Of a stretch of 64,000 bases of DNA, positions 1-12,641 are shown piece by piece. The number at the start of each line of letters is the position of its first letter. Positions within the stretch are counted from its first letter, which is position 1. This stretch comes from Eledone cirrhosa (lineage: Eukaryota). Position numbers and translations under genes: made by a program. Below the pieces are notes generated by a model, which ran no database searches, was not told the DNA's origin, and was given only the letters and a program-made list of their open reading frames with translations. The stretch covers positions 7,564,001 to 7,628,000 of the forward strand of contig OZ024742.1 in the NCBI GenBank assembly GCA_964016885.1, written 5' to 3'.

Positions 1-128
1 TACTTACATATATATATACCTACCTACATATATACCTACATACATATATACCTACATACATATATACCTACATACATATATACCTACATATATATATACC
101 TACCTACATATATACATACATACATACA

Positions 129-162
<34 letters not shown>

Positions 163-172
163 CCTACATACA
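1..172. repeat. Minisatellite, ~16-nt unit TACATACATATATACC
   Basis: Unit repeated with variants; the same array resumes at 757. Confidence 0.9.
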
Positions 173-174
173 TG

Positions 175-560
175 GTGGCTGCCAACTCGTTTTCGAGTAC
201 GGCCACTACTTTATATCCATGTAGGAGAACACCCACCGATGCGCTGAACGAGTGTGACTTTTTAGTCCAGCCAGCGACTTGAAAACTCTGGTACAAACAC
301 TACACTTGTGACAATTATTGACACATAGTGCTTTGCCTTTGGTACCATGTGACGACAAGTGCAGAGAGATCTCCAGATATAAAACAATGCCTGTGCCGTG
401 AAGCTTTTATAGTGAGCAAAGGCACTGCACAAAGCCAGTCCCACTCTCTTAACCAATATGATATTTACCAAAAAGAAGAACAAGTCAACATCATTGGATA
501 CCATCAGGGTTGCAGGTGTTATATCAGAGTTTTCCTTCTCCTAGAATTCTGCCTTGACAA
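175..560 (-). pseudogene. Decayed non-LTR retrotransposon RT fragment
   Basis: Minus-strand peptides DLFFFLVNII...LCSAFAHYKSFTAQALFYIW and SHSFSASVGVL resemble RT motifs D.IF.L..II / F.DY.KAFD / F....GV.QG in the right order; very degenerate. Confidence 0.35.
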
Positions 561-756
561 AGGCTAAGGGGTCATCTCGCCCGGTGATTTTGGATGGCCA
601 TTGACTCTTAAGAGCTCCTTTGCCCTTTGACAGGTTTTGTTTTTAGTCCTGCACGATGTCCAAAGTCACCCTCCTCACCAAGAAACCTTGGTGGGATTGT
701 CAGTTTATTCGCCAACGACCCGACCATGAGACAGGTTGTACTGGGATACAGGTTAC

Positions 757-1102
757 CCACATACATACATACCTACATATATATATACCTACCTACATAT
801 ATACCTACATACATATATACCTACATACATATATACCTACATACATATACCTAAATACATATATACCTACATACATATATACCTACATACATATATACCT
901 ACATACATATATACCTACATACTTATATACCTACATACATATATTCTACATACATATACCTACATACATATATACCTACATACATATATACCTACCTACA
1001 TACATATATACCTACATACATATATACCTACATACATATAGACCTACATACATATATACCTACATACATATATACCTACATATACATACACATATTCCTA
1101 CA
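757..1102. repeat. Minisatellite TACATACATATATACC
   Basis: Tandem units; explains the YIHI/YLHT-rich ORFs. Confidence 0.9.
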
Positions 1103-1458
1103 TACGCCAGGCTAATTCCTGTCTAGAAAGAATGAAAGTTAATATAAGAAAAAATAAAAGGAAGTCAACGGGAAGAACTCCAGAGACAAAGGAAGTAACA
1201 AAAGCTGGTTGAAGCAGTAGATCAAAACATTGTTGCATGCTATTGGCCTGTGTGTCAGCAATTAAGAGAGTGAAAAGATTGTCATTATTGGACGACTTAA
1301 AGAAGCTAAGATTATTCACAAGACTTTTAGTGTTGCCATGAAGTGTCTTTATATTTATCACCATAAACCTTTCTCTCCCTCTCACACTCTATTTCTTCTA
1401 TTATTTCTTAGTCTTTATATTTATGAGTCTCATTGTTATGTATGTAATATATATATAG

Positions 1459-1544
1459 GAAAAAGTATGACCTCGACGGCAGAGCTCAAGCCGTTTCGAC
1501 GGCCATTTCTGGACCAGAAATAGCCGTCGGGGTCATACTTTTTC
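1459..1544. repeat. Short inverted repeat (hairpin)
   Basis: GAAAAAGTATGACCTCGACGGC ... GCCGTCGGGGTCATACTTTTTC, with inner stem ATTTCTGG/CCAGAAAT. Confidence 0.75.
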
Positions 1545-1625
1545 TTATTACCACTCTACTACTCTAAGTATTGAGTACTCTGGTGCGTTATGGTCCATCT
1601 GGTTCCTTACCACATTTCCTTTGTC

Positions 1626-1656
<31 letters not shown>

Positions 1657-1812
1657 AAAGAATAGAGGTGTAACACACAAGTTATTATATATTGGTAAAC
1701 GGAATAGAAAATGCTGACAAATTGTTCACAGTTGAAAAATGGTTTAATTAGGAATAAAAGAGTATTAGTGATTGTATGGGTTAGTATTCAGTTGTGGTTT
1801 TAAGTTTTTAAG

Positions 1813-1850
1813 TTTTTACCGGTTGCGCATTTCTAAATGCTTTTCAAAAA
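1813..1850 (-). ncRNA. HHR-like motif in the PLE-1 pLTR (variant core UUGAAAA...GCAA); further copies 6534-6571(-), 18660-18697(-), 18770-18807(+)
   Basis: TTGAAAA-GCATT taga AATGC-GCAA-CCGG-TA; U3:A8 pair, palindromic stem III, but GCAA replaces GAAA and stem I is weak. Confidence 0.5.
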
Positions 1851-2048
1851 TAATTTTGAGATAGAGTGTCCGTGCTGTTTGCTCTGATCTGATTAGTTTT
1901 GGGAATTCTACCTGTTTTTATGTTAAAATGTTAAAAAAGTGGCTCCAGCAAAAATTATTGGTCAAAACAATTTTGATTGGTCGGTAGAGGTCATGTGGAT
2001 AAAAAATTGGTTTTGCGCCAAGATTGAGGAATGACTCTTTCACAACAA

Positions 2049-2118
<70 letters not shown>

Positions 2119-2189
2119 AGTAGTAGTAGTAAGGTGTTCGATGCTGCGACAATGGCCAGCAGCGATGTGTGTCAAATGGCTATTAAGAT

Positions 2190-2252
<63 letters not shown>

Positions 2253-2376
2253 GCAGAGTCATTCGAAGGTCAAAAGATATTTTTCAGCTTTTGTCTTATA
2301 CGGAGAAGTGCGTGTGTGTGTGTGTCTGTGTATAAGTCTCTTTGTATGTTGATGTACGCGTGTGTATGTGTTTGTG

Positions 2377-2425
<49 letters not shown>

Positions 2426-2749
2426 ACCAGTATTTTTTCCCCCTGGTAAAATGGTGTACATTATTCGATTTTTTCAGTAAAATCGGTTCTCTTAATAGAA
2501 CATCAAAAATCTTAACAATAAAAGGTGTGAAATGATATTCACTATATATATATATATACACACATACACACATTCACTACATATATATATATATATATAT
2601 ACATATATACATACATATATATGCACATATATTTTTTTGTATTGCACCATAGAGCATGTGTGTTTACGTGTGTCATTGTGTTTATATGTGGGTAGAGATG
2701 TGTGCTGATGTAGGTATGTATGTTGACGTGTGTATGTTGTGGGTTCGTC

Positions 2750-4897
2750 TTAGGGAGAAGTGTTTAGACGGGGTCCGTATTTGTTAATGAAGTAAGATTC
2801 CTTGCTGATGCGCTGGGTGTGGGTGGCATTTTCTTTAAATTTGTAGAGGGGAAAGATTCTGAAGTTGGGATGATTTTGGGCGGCACAGGTATCAATGTGT
2901 TCACTCAGTGGTATTTTCCTGTATTCCCGTATTTTAATTTGGGATCTATGGACAGTTATGCGTTGGCGGAGGCTGTTTTTGGTCTGGCCTATGTATTGTT
3001 CTCGACAACCTGAACAAGTTAATACATATATTAGATTTTCCGACGCACATGTGAAATTGTGTTTTACTATAAAACGTTGTCCATCTTTGAAATAGAATTC
3101 CGAACCATCTATTAGGTTGATGCAAATGCCACAGTTGGGTCTATCGCATTTTTTTACTGTGGGTTTCGTTGTTATGGTTGGCAGTACTTTGGCATGTGTT
3201 AAGATGTTTTTCATTGACTTGGATTGTCTTTTGCTCTTTATGATATCGTGTGTTCGTAGAATTCGGTTCATTCTATGGTCCTTTTTCAATACAGGGATGT
3301 TCTGGAGGATGGTGTCAAAGGCCTCATTGTTGAGGGGGTTGTGTGTGGAGATGTATGGAAGAGCTTTTAGTTTGGGTTGATTTACTTTAGGGTGTCTAAG
3401 GTCCTGGGTACTGAGTTTTAGGGCACGTTGGATTCCATTGTCAATTAGTGATGCAGGGTAGTCCCTGCCTATGAGTGTGTCCTTTTGTTCTTGTAGCCGT
3501 AAGTAGCAGATGTTTTTATTGGAGACTATAGTACAGATTCTCTTGGCTAAGTTGTAGGGAATATTAATTTTAACGTGTCTAGGGTGGCAAGAGTTGAAGG
3601 GGAGGTATTGCTTGGAGTCTGTGGGCTTGTAGTATATGTCTGTTTCTATTTTTTTGTTATGGATCTTAATGAGGATGTCGAGGAAGGGGAGTTGTTGATG
3701 GCTGTATTCCATCGTGAAGTTAATATTTGTGTTGAGCCCATTTATAAGGGTGTGAAATTCTTTAAGTTTTTCGATGTTTTTGTGCCAAAGGATGAAGCAG
3801 TCATCTAGATATCGCTTCCAGTTCCTTTCAATGTGTAAGTGGAGGGTGTTTCCAAATTTGTTTAGGACTTTAGTGTAGAGGGTGATTTCCAGGTATCCCA
3901 TGACTAGGTTGGCATAAGTAGGGGCTGTTTTCGTTCCCATAGCGGTCCCAGATTTCTGCCTGTAGGGTTTGTTATTGAAAACGAAGTAATTGTTCTCCAA
4001 GATAAATTTGAGTCCCTCTATCACGAATTCTTTTTTGATGCGTTGTGGGAGTTCATTGTGGAAATTATCCAGCCAGAATTGGATAGCTTCTATTCCTAGG
4101 TTGTGGGGGATGTTGGAGTATAGGTTGACTACATCGAACGTCACTAGTAGGGTTTGTTCAGAAAGTGGCATATTAGGGAGGTGATTGAGCATATCTAGGT
4201 CGTCCCTTATATAGCTTTTGATGTGCTTGAGGAAGGGTTTGAGAAGGGTATCAATGAAGTTGCTAAGACGGTGCGTTTCGCAAGCGGGGCCTGCTATTAT
4301 AGGTCTTAATTTGAGATCATTGGGTGAGGGGACATTGATGACTATGTCTGTGGCTTCCTTGCATGCCTTACTTATTGATTCGCTTTTATGTACTTTAGGG
4401 ATACCGTAGAAAAGGCTGGATTTACTTGTGAAGTCTGTGATGAAGCTGAATTCCTTGTTAGTGAGTCCTTCTTTGTATTGGTTGATTAGAGTTTTTAGGT
4501 TTCTCATAATTTTCTGTTGATTGTAGTGTTCAGCCTTTTCGTAGTATGTTTCGTTTTCCAAAGTGGAGAGCGATAAGTTGATATAGAATTCTGTCTCCAT
4601 TAGGACTACTGTACTCCCTTTATCAGCCTCTTTAATTGTAATGGTTCTGTCGGTTTTTAATCTATTTAATTCTTCCCGTTCTTTCTTGTTGAGGTTTGGC
4701 TTGTGTTTTTGTCTGTGCAAGTGTTGGTAAGGGAAGTTTGTGATGTGTTCACAGAATTCGTCCAGGATTTTATTTCTACCTTTTGAAGGGGTGTAATTGC
4801 TTCTATTTCTGGCTAATGATTCATCCTCATTGTACTGGTCGAATAGTTGTTCACTAAGTCGTAACTTTCTACAGAAGTCTGTGATGTCTTCCTTCAT
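2750..4897 (-). CDS. PLE reverse transcriptase + GIY-YIG endonuclease (frame open upstream to ~5239)
   Basis: ADKG, FYGIPKVHK, LRPII, FDVVNLY, GTAMG, RYLDD, LPFLD, YYKPTD; linker CDRPNCGIC; NLIYVLTCSGCREQYIGQT..R...H; upstream in-frame LLSKGLKFTPTP. Confidence 0.95.
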   Translation of the reverse strand: MKEDITDFCRKLRLSEQLFDQYNEDESLARNRSNYTPSKGRNKILDEFCEHITNFPYQHLHRQKHKPNLNKKEREELNRLKTDRTITIKEADKGSTVVLMETEFYINLSLSTLENETYYEKAEHYNQQKIMRNLKTLINQYKEGLTNKEFSFITDFTSKSSLFYGIPKVHKSESISKACKEATDIVINVPSPNDLKLRPIIAGPACETHRLSNFIDTLLKPFLKHIKSYIRDDLDMLNHLPNMPLSEQTLLVTFDVVNLYSNIPHNLGIEAIQFWLDNFHNELPQRIKKEFVIEGLKFILENNYFVFNNKPYRQKSGTAMGTKTAPTYANLVMGYLEITLYTKVLNKFGNTLHLHIERNWKRYLDDCFILWHKNIEKLKEFHTLINGLNTNINFTMEYSHQQLPFLDILIKIHNKKIETDIYYKPTDSKQYLPFNSCHPRHVKINIPYNLAKRICTIVSNKNICYLRLQEQKDTLIGRDYPASLIDNGIQRALKLSTQDLRHPKVNQPKLKALPYISTHNPLNNEAFDTILQNIPVLKKDHRMNRILRTHDIIKSKRQSKSMKNILTHAKVLPTITTKPTVKKCDRPNCGICINLIDGSEFYFKDGQRFIVKHNFTCASENLIYVLTCSGCREQYIGQTKNSLRQRITVHRSQIKIREYRKIPLSEHIDTCAAQNHPNFRIFPLYKFKENATHTQRISKESYFINKYGPRLNTSP

Positions 4898-5598
4898 TTC
4901 ATAGTAGTTAGGACGTAGTGGGGTCGGTGTGAATTTAAGACCTTTGGAGAGTAAGTTGATAAGGTTGGGTGTTGGTTCTGCACTAGTAAGATTGATAATT
5001 TTTATTACTATCGGTTTCTCCTCCCTGTCTTGTGTTATTTTGTTTGCCTGTATCTGTGTGCTGTGTCTAAAAAATGGTTGGGGTAGAGGGGTTTCTGCTG
5101 ATGTTAAGTGGTCTCCTGTGTTTGTTATATTCTTTGTTGTTGTAAAATGTGGTTCGGGTTGGTGGTTGTAGATTGAATGGGGTGTTCCTGTACTGCGAGT
5201 ATGGGTGTGTGTTTCTATGTGCCATGTTGTATTGTGGTGTTATAAGTGGCCTACGTTGTTGGTTGTATCGTGTGGTGTGGGTTTGTTGTGTATTGTGGAA
5301 GTGAGAGTTGAGAAAATGGTAATTACCTTGCTGTCCCCTTGAAGCGGGGAAGTTGTTGCATCTATCATGGCGGTGGTATCTTTTCCCTATGTTTGACGAT
5401 GAGGAATCCGCGTAGTAGTTGAGTGATTTGGTATGGTGTCTCCTTGAAGGGGGAAAGTTGTAAATGTCATTCTGGGGGAGATGATTTCTTGGGTTTTTGT
5501 TCCTTCTTATGGTAGCGAGGTTGGGAAGTTCATCTTCGGTGTGGTGCTTCCTTCTTCGTTTGTTTGAGGCTTCGGGGTTTGAGAAGTTGTTGTACGGT

Positions 5599-6399
5599 TC
5601 AGTTATGGGTTTTCCTATTTTTTATGAACGGGTTATTGGCGGTGTAATCCGTTTGAAAAGTCGATTCATAGTGTAGGAACCAAGCGGCACTTTTTTCCCA
5701 GCGTTGAAGGGATTTCAGTTCTTCTCTGTCGCAGTCCCCTTTCCATAATTTGGAGATCTTCTCTACCTTGGGGCCTTCAGTTTTGTTGTTGATTTCCAGG
5801 AGGATCCCTTCATCGATGGTTTTGATTTTTTCCTCATTTGTCTGGGCCCTCAGTTTAAGAAGTTCAATTTCTGTCTTCATCTTTTCCAATGCCATTCTTT
5901 CCCTAAGGTGTCTTTGAGGTTCGGGTTCATTTGGAATGGACTTTATTTGTAGTTTACGGGGGAGAGTTAGAGGGGTTGAGTTAAGCCATTTTTCATATAT
6001 CTCTGCTTTGTTGTGATTTTGTATCATCTTCCAGAATGAGAACTTTCTGTCTCTGAGGGATTTGTTCCATTTTGGAATTGTTCGAATTTTCATTTTGTGT
6101 GAATCAATCTCACATGGTTCTTCGTTGGTTTTTCCTGGGTTGGTAGTAGTGAACATAGTTTGGATAGTATCGCAAAGGTTTTGGAGTTTGTCGCCGATTT
6201 CGGAGGGTTTGTATCCGGTGGCGGTTTCCTTATTTGTGGAGTCAAGTTTGTCGACCAGCAAAGATAGGTTGGTGTTGATTTTCTTGAGTTCCTGTAGGAT
6301 CTCTTCATTTGAGTTGATGAGGGTTGTATCCGTTTTTGTTGGCATTTTCTGTATCTCGTGTGAGGATATGATAGTTAAAAGAATAGAGGTGTAACACAC
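5599..6399 (-). CDS. Upstream ORF1 of PLE-1, coiled-coil-like, function unknown (probable start MPTK near 6345)
   Basis: 266-aa non-repetitive ORF between the 5' pLTR and the RT frame; heptad-like E/K/L-rich segments. Confidence 0.7.
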   Translation of the reverse strand: MCYTSILLTIISSHEIQKMPTKTDTTLINSNEEILQELKKINTNLSLLVDKLDSTNKETATGYKPSEIGDKLQNLCDTIQTMFTTTNPGKTNEEPCEIDSHKMKIRTIPKWNKSLRDRKFSFWKMIQNHNKAEIYEKWLNSTPLTLPRKLQIKSIPNEPEPQRHLRERMALEKMKTEIELLKLRAQTNEEKIKTIDEGILLEINNKTEGPKVEKISKLWKGDCDREELKSLQRWEKSAAWFLHYESTFQTDYTANNPFIKNRKTHN

Positions 6400-6795
6400 A
6401 AGTTATTATATATTGGTAAACGGAATAGAAAATGCTGACAAATTGTTCACAGTTGAAAAATGGTTTAATTAGGAATAAAAGAGTATTAGTGATTGTATGG
6501 GTTAGTATTCAGTTGTGGTTTTAAGTTTTTAAGTTTTTACCGGTTGCGCATTTCTAAATGCTTTTCAAAAATAATTTTGAGATAGAGTGTCCGTGCTGTT
6601 TGCTCTGATCTGATTAGTTTTGGGAATTCTACCTGTTTTTATGTTAAAAAAGTGGCTCCAGCGTTATTTTTGTGTTGCAAAAATGCTTGTGGTCAAAACA
6701 ATTTTGATTGGTCGGTAGAGGTCATGTGGATGTAAAAAGTTGATTTTGCGCCAAGATTGAGAAATGACTCTTTCACAACAAATATGTGTGTGTGT

Positions 6796-6887
<92 letters not shown>

Positions 6888-6967
6888 AGTAGTAGTAGTA
6901 GTAAGGTGTTCGATGCTGCGACAATGGCCAGCAGCGATGTGTGTCAAATGGCTATTAAGATAAGTGT

Positions 6968-7006
<39 letters not shown>

Positions 7007-7170
7007 TGTGTGTGTGTGTGTGTGTGTGTATGTGTGTGTGTGTGTGTATGTAGCAGAGTCATTCGAAGGTCAAAAGATATTTTTCAGCTTTTGTCTTATA
7101 CGGAGAAGTGCGCGTGTGTGTGTGTATAAGTCTCTTTGTATGTTGATGTACGCGTGTGTATGTGTTTGTG

Positions 7171-7201
<31 letters not shown>

Positions 7202-7308
7202 CTGTGGGTGGACCAGTATTTTTTTCCCCCTGGTAAAATGGTGTACATTATTCGATTTTTTCAGTAAAATCGGTTCTCTTAATAGAACATCAAAAATCTT
7301 AACAATAA

Positions 7309-7812
7309 TAGATGGTTCGGAATTCTATTTCAAAGATGGACAACGTTTTATAGTAAAACACAATTTCACATGTGCATCGGAAAATCTAATATATGTATTA
7401 ACTTGTTCAGGTTGTCGAGAACAATACATAGGCCAGACCAAAAACAGCCTCCGCCAACGCATGATTGTCCATAGATCCCAAATTAAAATACGGGAATACA
7501 GGAAAATACCACTGAGTGAACACATTGATACCTGTGCCGCCCAAAATCATCCCAACTTCAGAATCTTTCCCCTCTACAAATTTAAAGATAATGCCACCCA
7601 CACCCAGCGCATCAGCAAGGAATCTTACATCATTAACAAATACGGACCCCGTCTAAACACTTCTCCCTAAGACGAACCCACAACATACACACGTCAAGAT
7701 ACATACCTACATCAGCACACATCTCTACCCACATATAAACACAATGACACACGTAAACACACATGCTCTATGGTGCAATACAAAAAAATATATGTGCATA
7801 TATATGTATGTA

Positions 7813-7857
<45 letters not shown>

Positions 7858-7978
7858 AATGTGTGTATGTGTGTATATATATATAGTGAATATCATTTCA
7901 CACCTTTTATTGTTAAGATTTTTGATGTTCTATTAAGAGAACCGATTTTACTGAAAAAATCGAATAATGTACACCATT
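7309..7978 (+). repeat. Inverted partial copy of the PLE-1 3' end (GIY-YIG + 3' UTR)
   Basis: IDGSEFYFKDGQ...PRLNTSP near-identical to the C-terminus of 2750..4897. Confidence 0.93.
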
Positions 7979-8047
7979 CACTGACGTGAAACTAAACATC
8001 GAGTGCTCACCTGAGTGAACTTACACTTACTTCACGTTACACTCCCT

Positions 8048-8130
<83 letters not shown>

Positions 8131-9028
8131 TATTGAAGATTGCTTGAAGCATTGTGGAACAATAAGTAAATATCTTTAAGTCGTTTGGAAGCCTCGACAA
8201 GGCAAATGGGTAAATCGCCGGGTAACAAGGTCCGGTGGTGGAGAGAGAGATGTAAATGGGTGTACGTTGAGATGCGTGGTGTGTATAAGATGTGTGAGAT
8301 GTGTAGAATGAAGGGAAGAGTATAAAGGATAAAATTAAAATAACAACACAAGAGAGAGTTACCTTGGGAGATATTAAATAGTCCCTATATATTTCGGATT
8401 CACATCCATCAACTGGGGGTTTTTTCGGGGTGGGGGAAAAGGTTGTCTGTTGAATAAGTGCTGAACGCGTTCTTCGCTGTTTGTTGTTTTGAATATCAGC
8501 GACCGAATGAGGGAGTGGGATGGCGCTAGCTGTCAGTCCATTCTCTGCCTCTTTGTTAAACGACTGCAACCGCAAATAAACAACCGATCAGAGAGAAGCG
8601 AAATGAGATGGCTGGTTTAAGTTAATAAGCGATGCAACAACACACAACACACGCACACACACATACACGCAAACGAGACAACTACACACACACACGCACA
8701 CACACACAGTAGCATTCCACCATACAAACATATTACACTGCAAATACAGAGGAACAAGGTAACAACACACGCACACACACACACACACTAAAGCGAGACA
8801 ACAACACACGCACACACACACACAGTAACATTTAACAAACAGGCAGAGAATGGACTGACAGCTAGCGCCATCACACTCCCTCATTCGGTCGCTGACCTCT
8901 GTACGACCGACTCCATTTCACGCGCACGCGCGCTCTGCCGAATACCTCAGATTTTCAAAACAACAAACAGCGAAGAACGCGTTCTGCACTTGTCCGACAG
9001 ACAACCTTTTCCCCCACCCCGGAAAAAA

Positions 9029-9063
9029 CCCAGTTGATGGATGTGAATCCGAAATATATAGGG
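9029..9063 (+). ncRNA. Atypical minimal HHR-like motif in the PLE-2 pLTR; copies 12304-12338(+), 8383-8417(-)
   Basis: CC-CAGTTGA-T-GGAT gtga ATCC-GAAA-TATA-TA-GG; core CAGUUGA instead of CUGANGA. Confidence 0.5.
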
Positions 9064-9293
9064 ACTATTAAATCTCTCCCAAGGTAACTCTCTCTTGTGT
9101 TGTTATTTTTATTTTATCCTTTATACTCTTCCCTTCATTCTACACATCTCACACATCTTATACACACCACGCATTTCAACGTACACCCACTTACATCTCT
9201 CTCTCCACCACCGGACTTTGTTACCCGGAGATTTACCCATTTGCATTGTCGAGGCTTCCAAACGCCTTAAAGATATTTACTTATTGTTCCACA

Positions 9294-11899
9294 ATGCTTC
9301 AAGCAAACTTCAATACTCTCTTATCCTTACACTTGAGCCAGGAATTGTTTGCATCCGTAAGAGGACTGTTTAGACTGTCGGAGAAATGGGCCAACGCTGG
9401 CTGCCAAATTATTTTCCTGAAACGCTGCCTAAAAAACAATGTCATCCCCAACACCATCAAGAACATCTGCGTACCAGTAAGCCTATGTACACCAGCCTTC
9501 CAAAACACCACTAACCGCATACATCGCACGTGTATTAAACAGATCCTGAGACATCTCAACCGCCAATTACACGTCCATAAGCGGACACTCTCAGAGCGGA
9601 CACATCGACTGCCAATAGCACCCGGAGACTTGCTCCTGAAAATCACTAAAGCAATCGACCAGTGCTACCACTCCAGAGTCCAATACGAGAAAAAACGGCT
9701 CAAGCGAAAATATGAGTGGATCTTGTCGAAACGCCACAACGAGAACATCGACACTAACGAACAGACGTACAAGAACCATGTGGAAAACAACAACTTAACA
9801 ACCGCCACCGCCGCAACCACCAACACCGTGCATACCTCAACGATGCGACGCACCTGGTAACCGACCTAACCGGCACTCTCACGAGCGACGAGCTGAAACT
9901 CCTACACCTCAGACCTAAGTTCATCGTCACACAACGTCTCGACGACAGACTCAAACTCAACATCGAGGCCAACTTTTGTCGAGCCGCTTACCAACTTAAA
10001 TGGGTGACCGCCATCAACAGCGCCACAGAAAATAACAGCGCCCACGCAACCCACCCCAAGTTGCCCACTTACCACCCCGACAACCCACTCCACACCACTC
10101 ACCAACCACGAACTCGACACTAAACTCATCAGGCTAAAACACTCTATCTCAGATATACTTCACAAACACACACACACACGCACAACACATAACCTCACCA
10201 AATCTCAACTCACCACTCTCTCCAACCTAAAATCGAAGAACCTCATCTATCTCCCCTCCGACAAGGGAAAAGAATTCTGCGTCATCAGCAGAGAGGCCTA
10301 CAACACCCTGGCCCTCCAACACCTTGACGATGACAACCTCTACTCCAAGGTCACGGGAATCACTCCCGCGCAGATAGAAGAACACATCAACTCCGCCTGG
10401 ACCAACATCAGCGACCGGCGGAAGCTCCCGAAGAAGCTGAGATGCAACCTCCTCACGAGGAACAGCAGACTACCCGCCTTCTACCACCTCGTGAAAACAC
10501 ACAAACAGGGACCCGACCTGAAGATCAGGCCCATCGTATCGAGCGTGGAGGGACCACTCTACAAAATTTCATGGCTCCTAGCCAGAATACTCAAACCCAT
10601 CTTAGACACCTTGCCGGGACACGTTAACAGCTCCGAGGAGGTGTTGAAGCGCCTGCATCAAATGGATCCCGACATCAGAAAGAATAACAGATATGCCTTC
10701 AGCCTTGATGTAGTCGCTCTCTACACCTCGGTCCCGGCACTCCCGGCCGTCAATATACTAATGGAACGGGTCCAATCCACCGACCTACACGGCTTCGGGC
10801 TCACCACCACTGACATCCACCAACTCCTATCTATCGTCGTCGACAACACCTACTTCGGATTCCTTGACCAAACATACCAACAAACCTCGGGATTGCCCAT
10901 GGGATCAAGCCTATCAGGTGTGCTAGCGATCTCTTACATGGACAACCTCGAACGCAAGGCACTCAACGCCTGCCACCCCAACGCCGTAGCCTTTTTCTCA
11001 AGGTACGTGGACGATATCCTCATCCTCACATCTTCCCAAGACACGGCGAACAGAATCTATGAGACGTTCAACAACACGAACGAGAACATTGACTTCAGTG
11101 TTGAACACCCCAACGAAGACGGGTCACTTGCCCTCCTCGACTTCCGAATCAACATCACGGAACAGGGAAGGATCCACTGCAACTTCTACCGAAAGGCAGC
11201 CTGCAGGGACCTATTCGTTCACTACAAGTCCGCCGTCCCTAACAGTGCCAAAAGTGGATACACCACGAACGAGATCGCGCGAATCAAAAACAGATGCAGC
11301 GATCCCGCGAGTGGTGTCACTCATACCAAGCGATTCCTCGAGGTGCTGGAGACGAACGGGTACCCTACCTCGATCACAGACAGAATATGAGACACCAGAC
11401 GCAAGAGACAGAGAACCACCCAAGGCAAGTGCTTCCTTAAAATGCCACACCTGGTCGAGAATACCACCAACGCTATCCGCAAGGCTATACGGAAGGAGGG
11501 CCTCGACATCCACCTGGCCCACTCGGGCCCATCTCCGCGAAGATGCCTCTCCAGGAAACCCGAAAAATTTACTGACGCATGCTCCCTCAGAGACTGCCCG
11601 ATACGCCATGCGAACTGTTGCCTACGCACATACGTCGTGTATAAGATAGAATGTGACAGGTGCAACCAATACTACATAGGTAGCACAATTCGACCTTTGC
11701 ACATCCGGAAACCAGGGCCTCGTCTTTCCGGAAACACATAGACAAATGTGGAAACAAAGACGGAAGGCCCATTGTCACAATTCTAGCGACTGAAAGAAAC
11801 GTCGGCACGTTACGTATCAAGGAAGCGCTTTTTATCAAACGACTGCAACCGCAAATAAACAACCGATCAGAGAGAAGCGAAATGAGATGGCTGGTTTAA
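9294..11899 (+). pseudogene. Frameshifted PLE ORF (N-domain, RT, GIY-YIG)
   Basis: FLKRCLKNNVIP; PSDKG; IRPIVS; SLDVVALY; GLPMGS; RYVDD; VVYKIECDRCNQYYIGST; KEALFI; split over several frames. Confidence 0.9.
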
Positions 11900-12551
11900 G
11901 TTAACAAGCGATGCAACAACACACACCACACGCACACACACACACACACACGCAAACGAGACAACTATACACACACGCACACACACACAGTAGCATTCCA
12001 CCATACGAACATACTACACTGCCAATACAGAGGAACAAGGCAACAACACACGCACACACTCAAGCGAGACAACAACACACGCATACACACACACACAGTA
12101 ACATTTAACAAACAGGCAGAGAATGGACTGACAGCTAGCGTCATCCCACTCCCTCATTCGGTCGCTGACCTCTGTACGACCGACCCCATTTCACGCGCAC
12201 GCGCGCTCTGCCGAATACCTCAGATTTTCAAAACAACAAACAGCGAAGAACGCGTTCCGCATTTGTCCGACAGACAACCTTTTCCCCCACCCCGGAAAAA
12301 AAACCCAGTTGATGGATGTGAATCTGAAATATATAGGGACTATTAAATCTCTCCCAAGGTAACTCTCTCTTGTGTTGTCATTTTAATTTTATCCTTTATC
12401 CTCTTCCCTTCATTCTACACATCTCACACATCTTATACACAGCACGCATCTCAACGTACACCCACTTACATCTCTCTCTCCACCACCGGACCTTGTTACC
12501 CGGAGATTTACCCATTTGCATTGTCGAGGCTTCCAAACGACTTAAAGATAA

Positions 12552-12641
<90 letters not shown>

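Larger units (their letters stand above)
1652..7978 (-). mobile_element. Near full-length Penelope-like element (PLE-1, Neptune-like) with direct pseudo-LTRs and an inverted tail copy
   Basis: RT+GIY-YIG ORF; 1651-2520 repeated directly at 6371-7308; ~2450-3111 repeated inverted at 7309-7978; 3' end abuts (TA)n. Confidence 0.93.
8127..12551 (+). mobile_element. Penelope-like element PLE-2 (Penelope/Poseidon-like) inserted in (TA)n
   Basis: 5' pLTR ~8557-9275, 3' pLTR ~11836-12551, inverted pLTR 8127-8556; (TA)n at 8050-8125 and 12552-12637. Confidence 0.92.

Noticed and set aside
6786-7670. 294-aa ORF with Cys-Val repeats fused to GIY-YIG
   Set aside because: Chance read-through from antisense pLTR (GT)n into the inverted tail copy; not a gene
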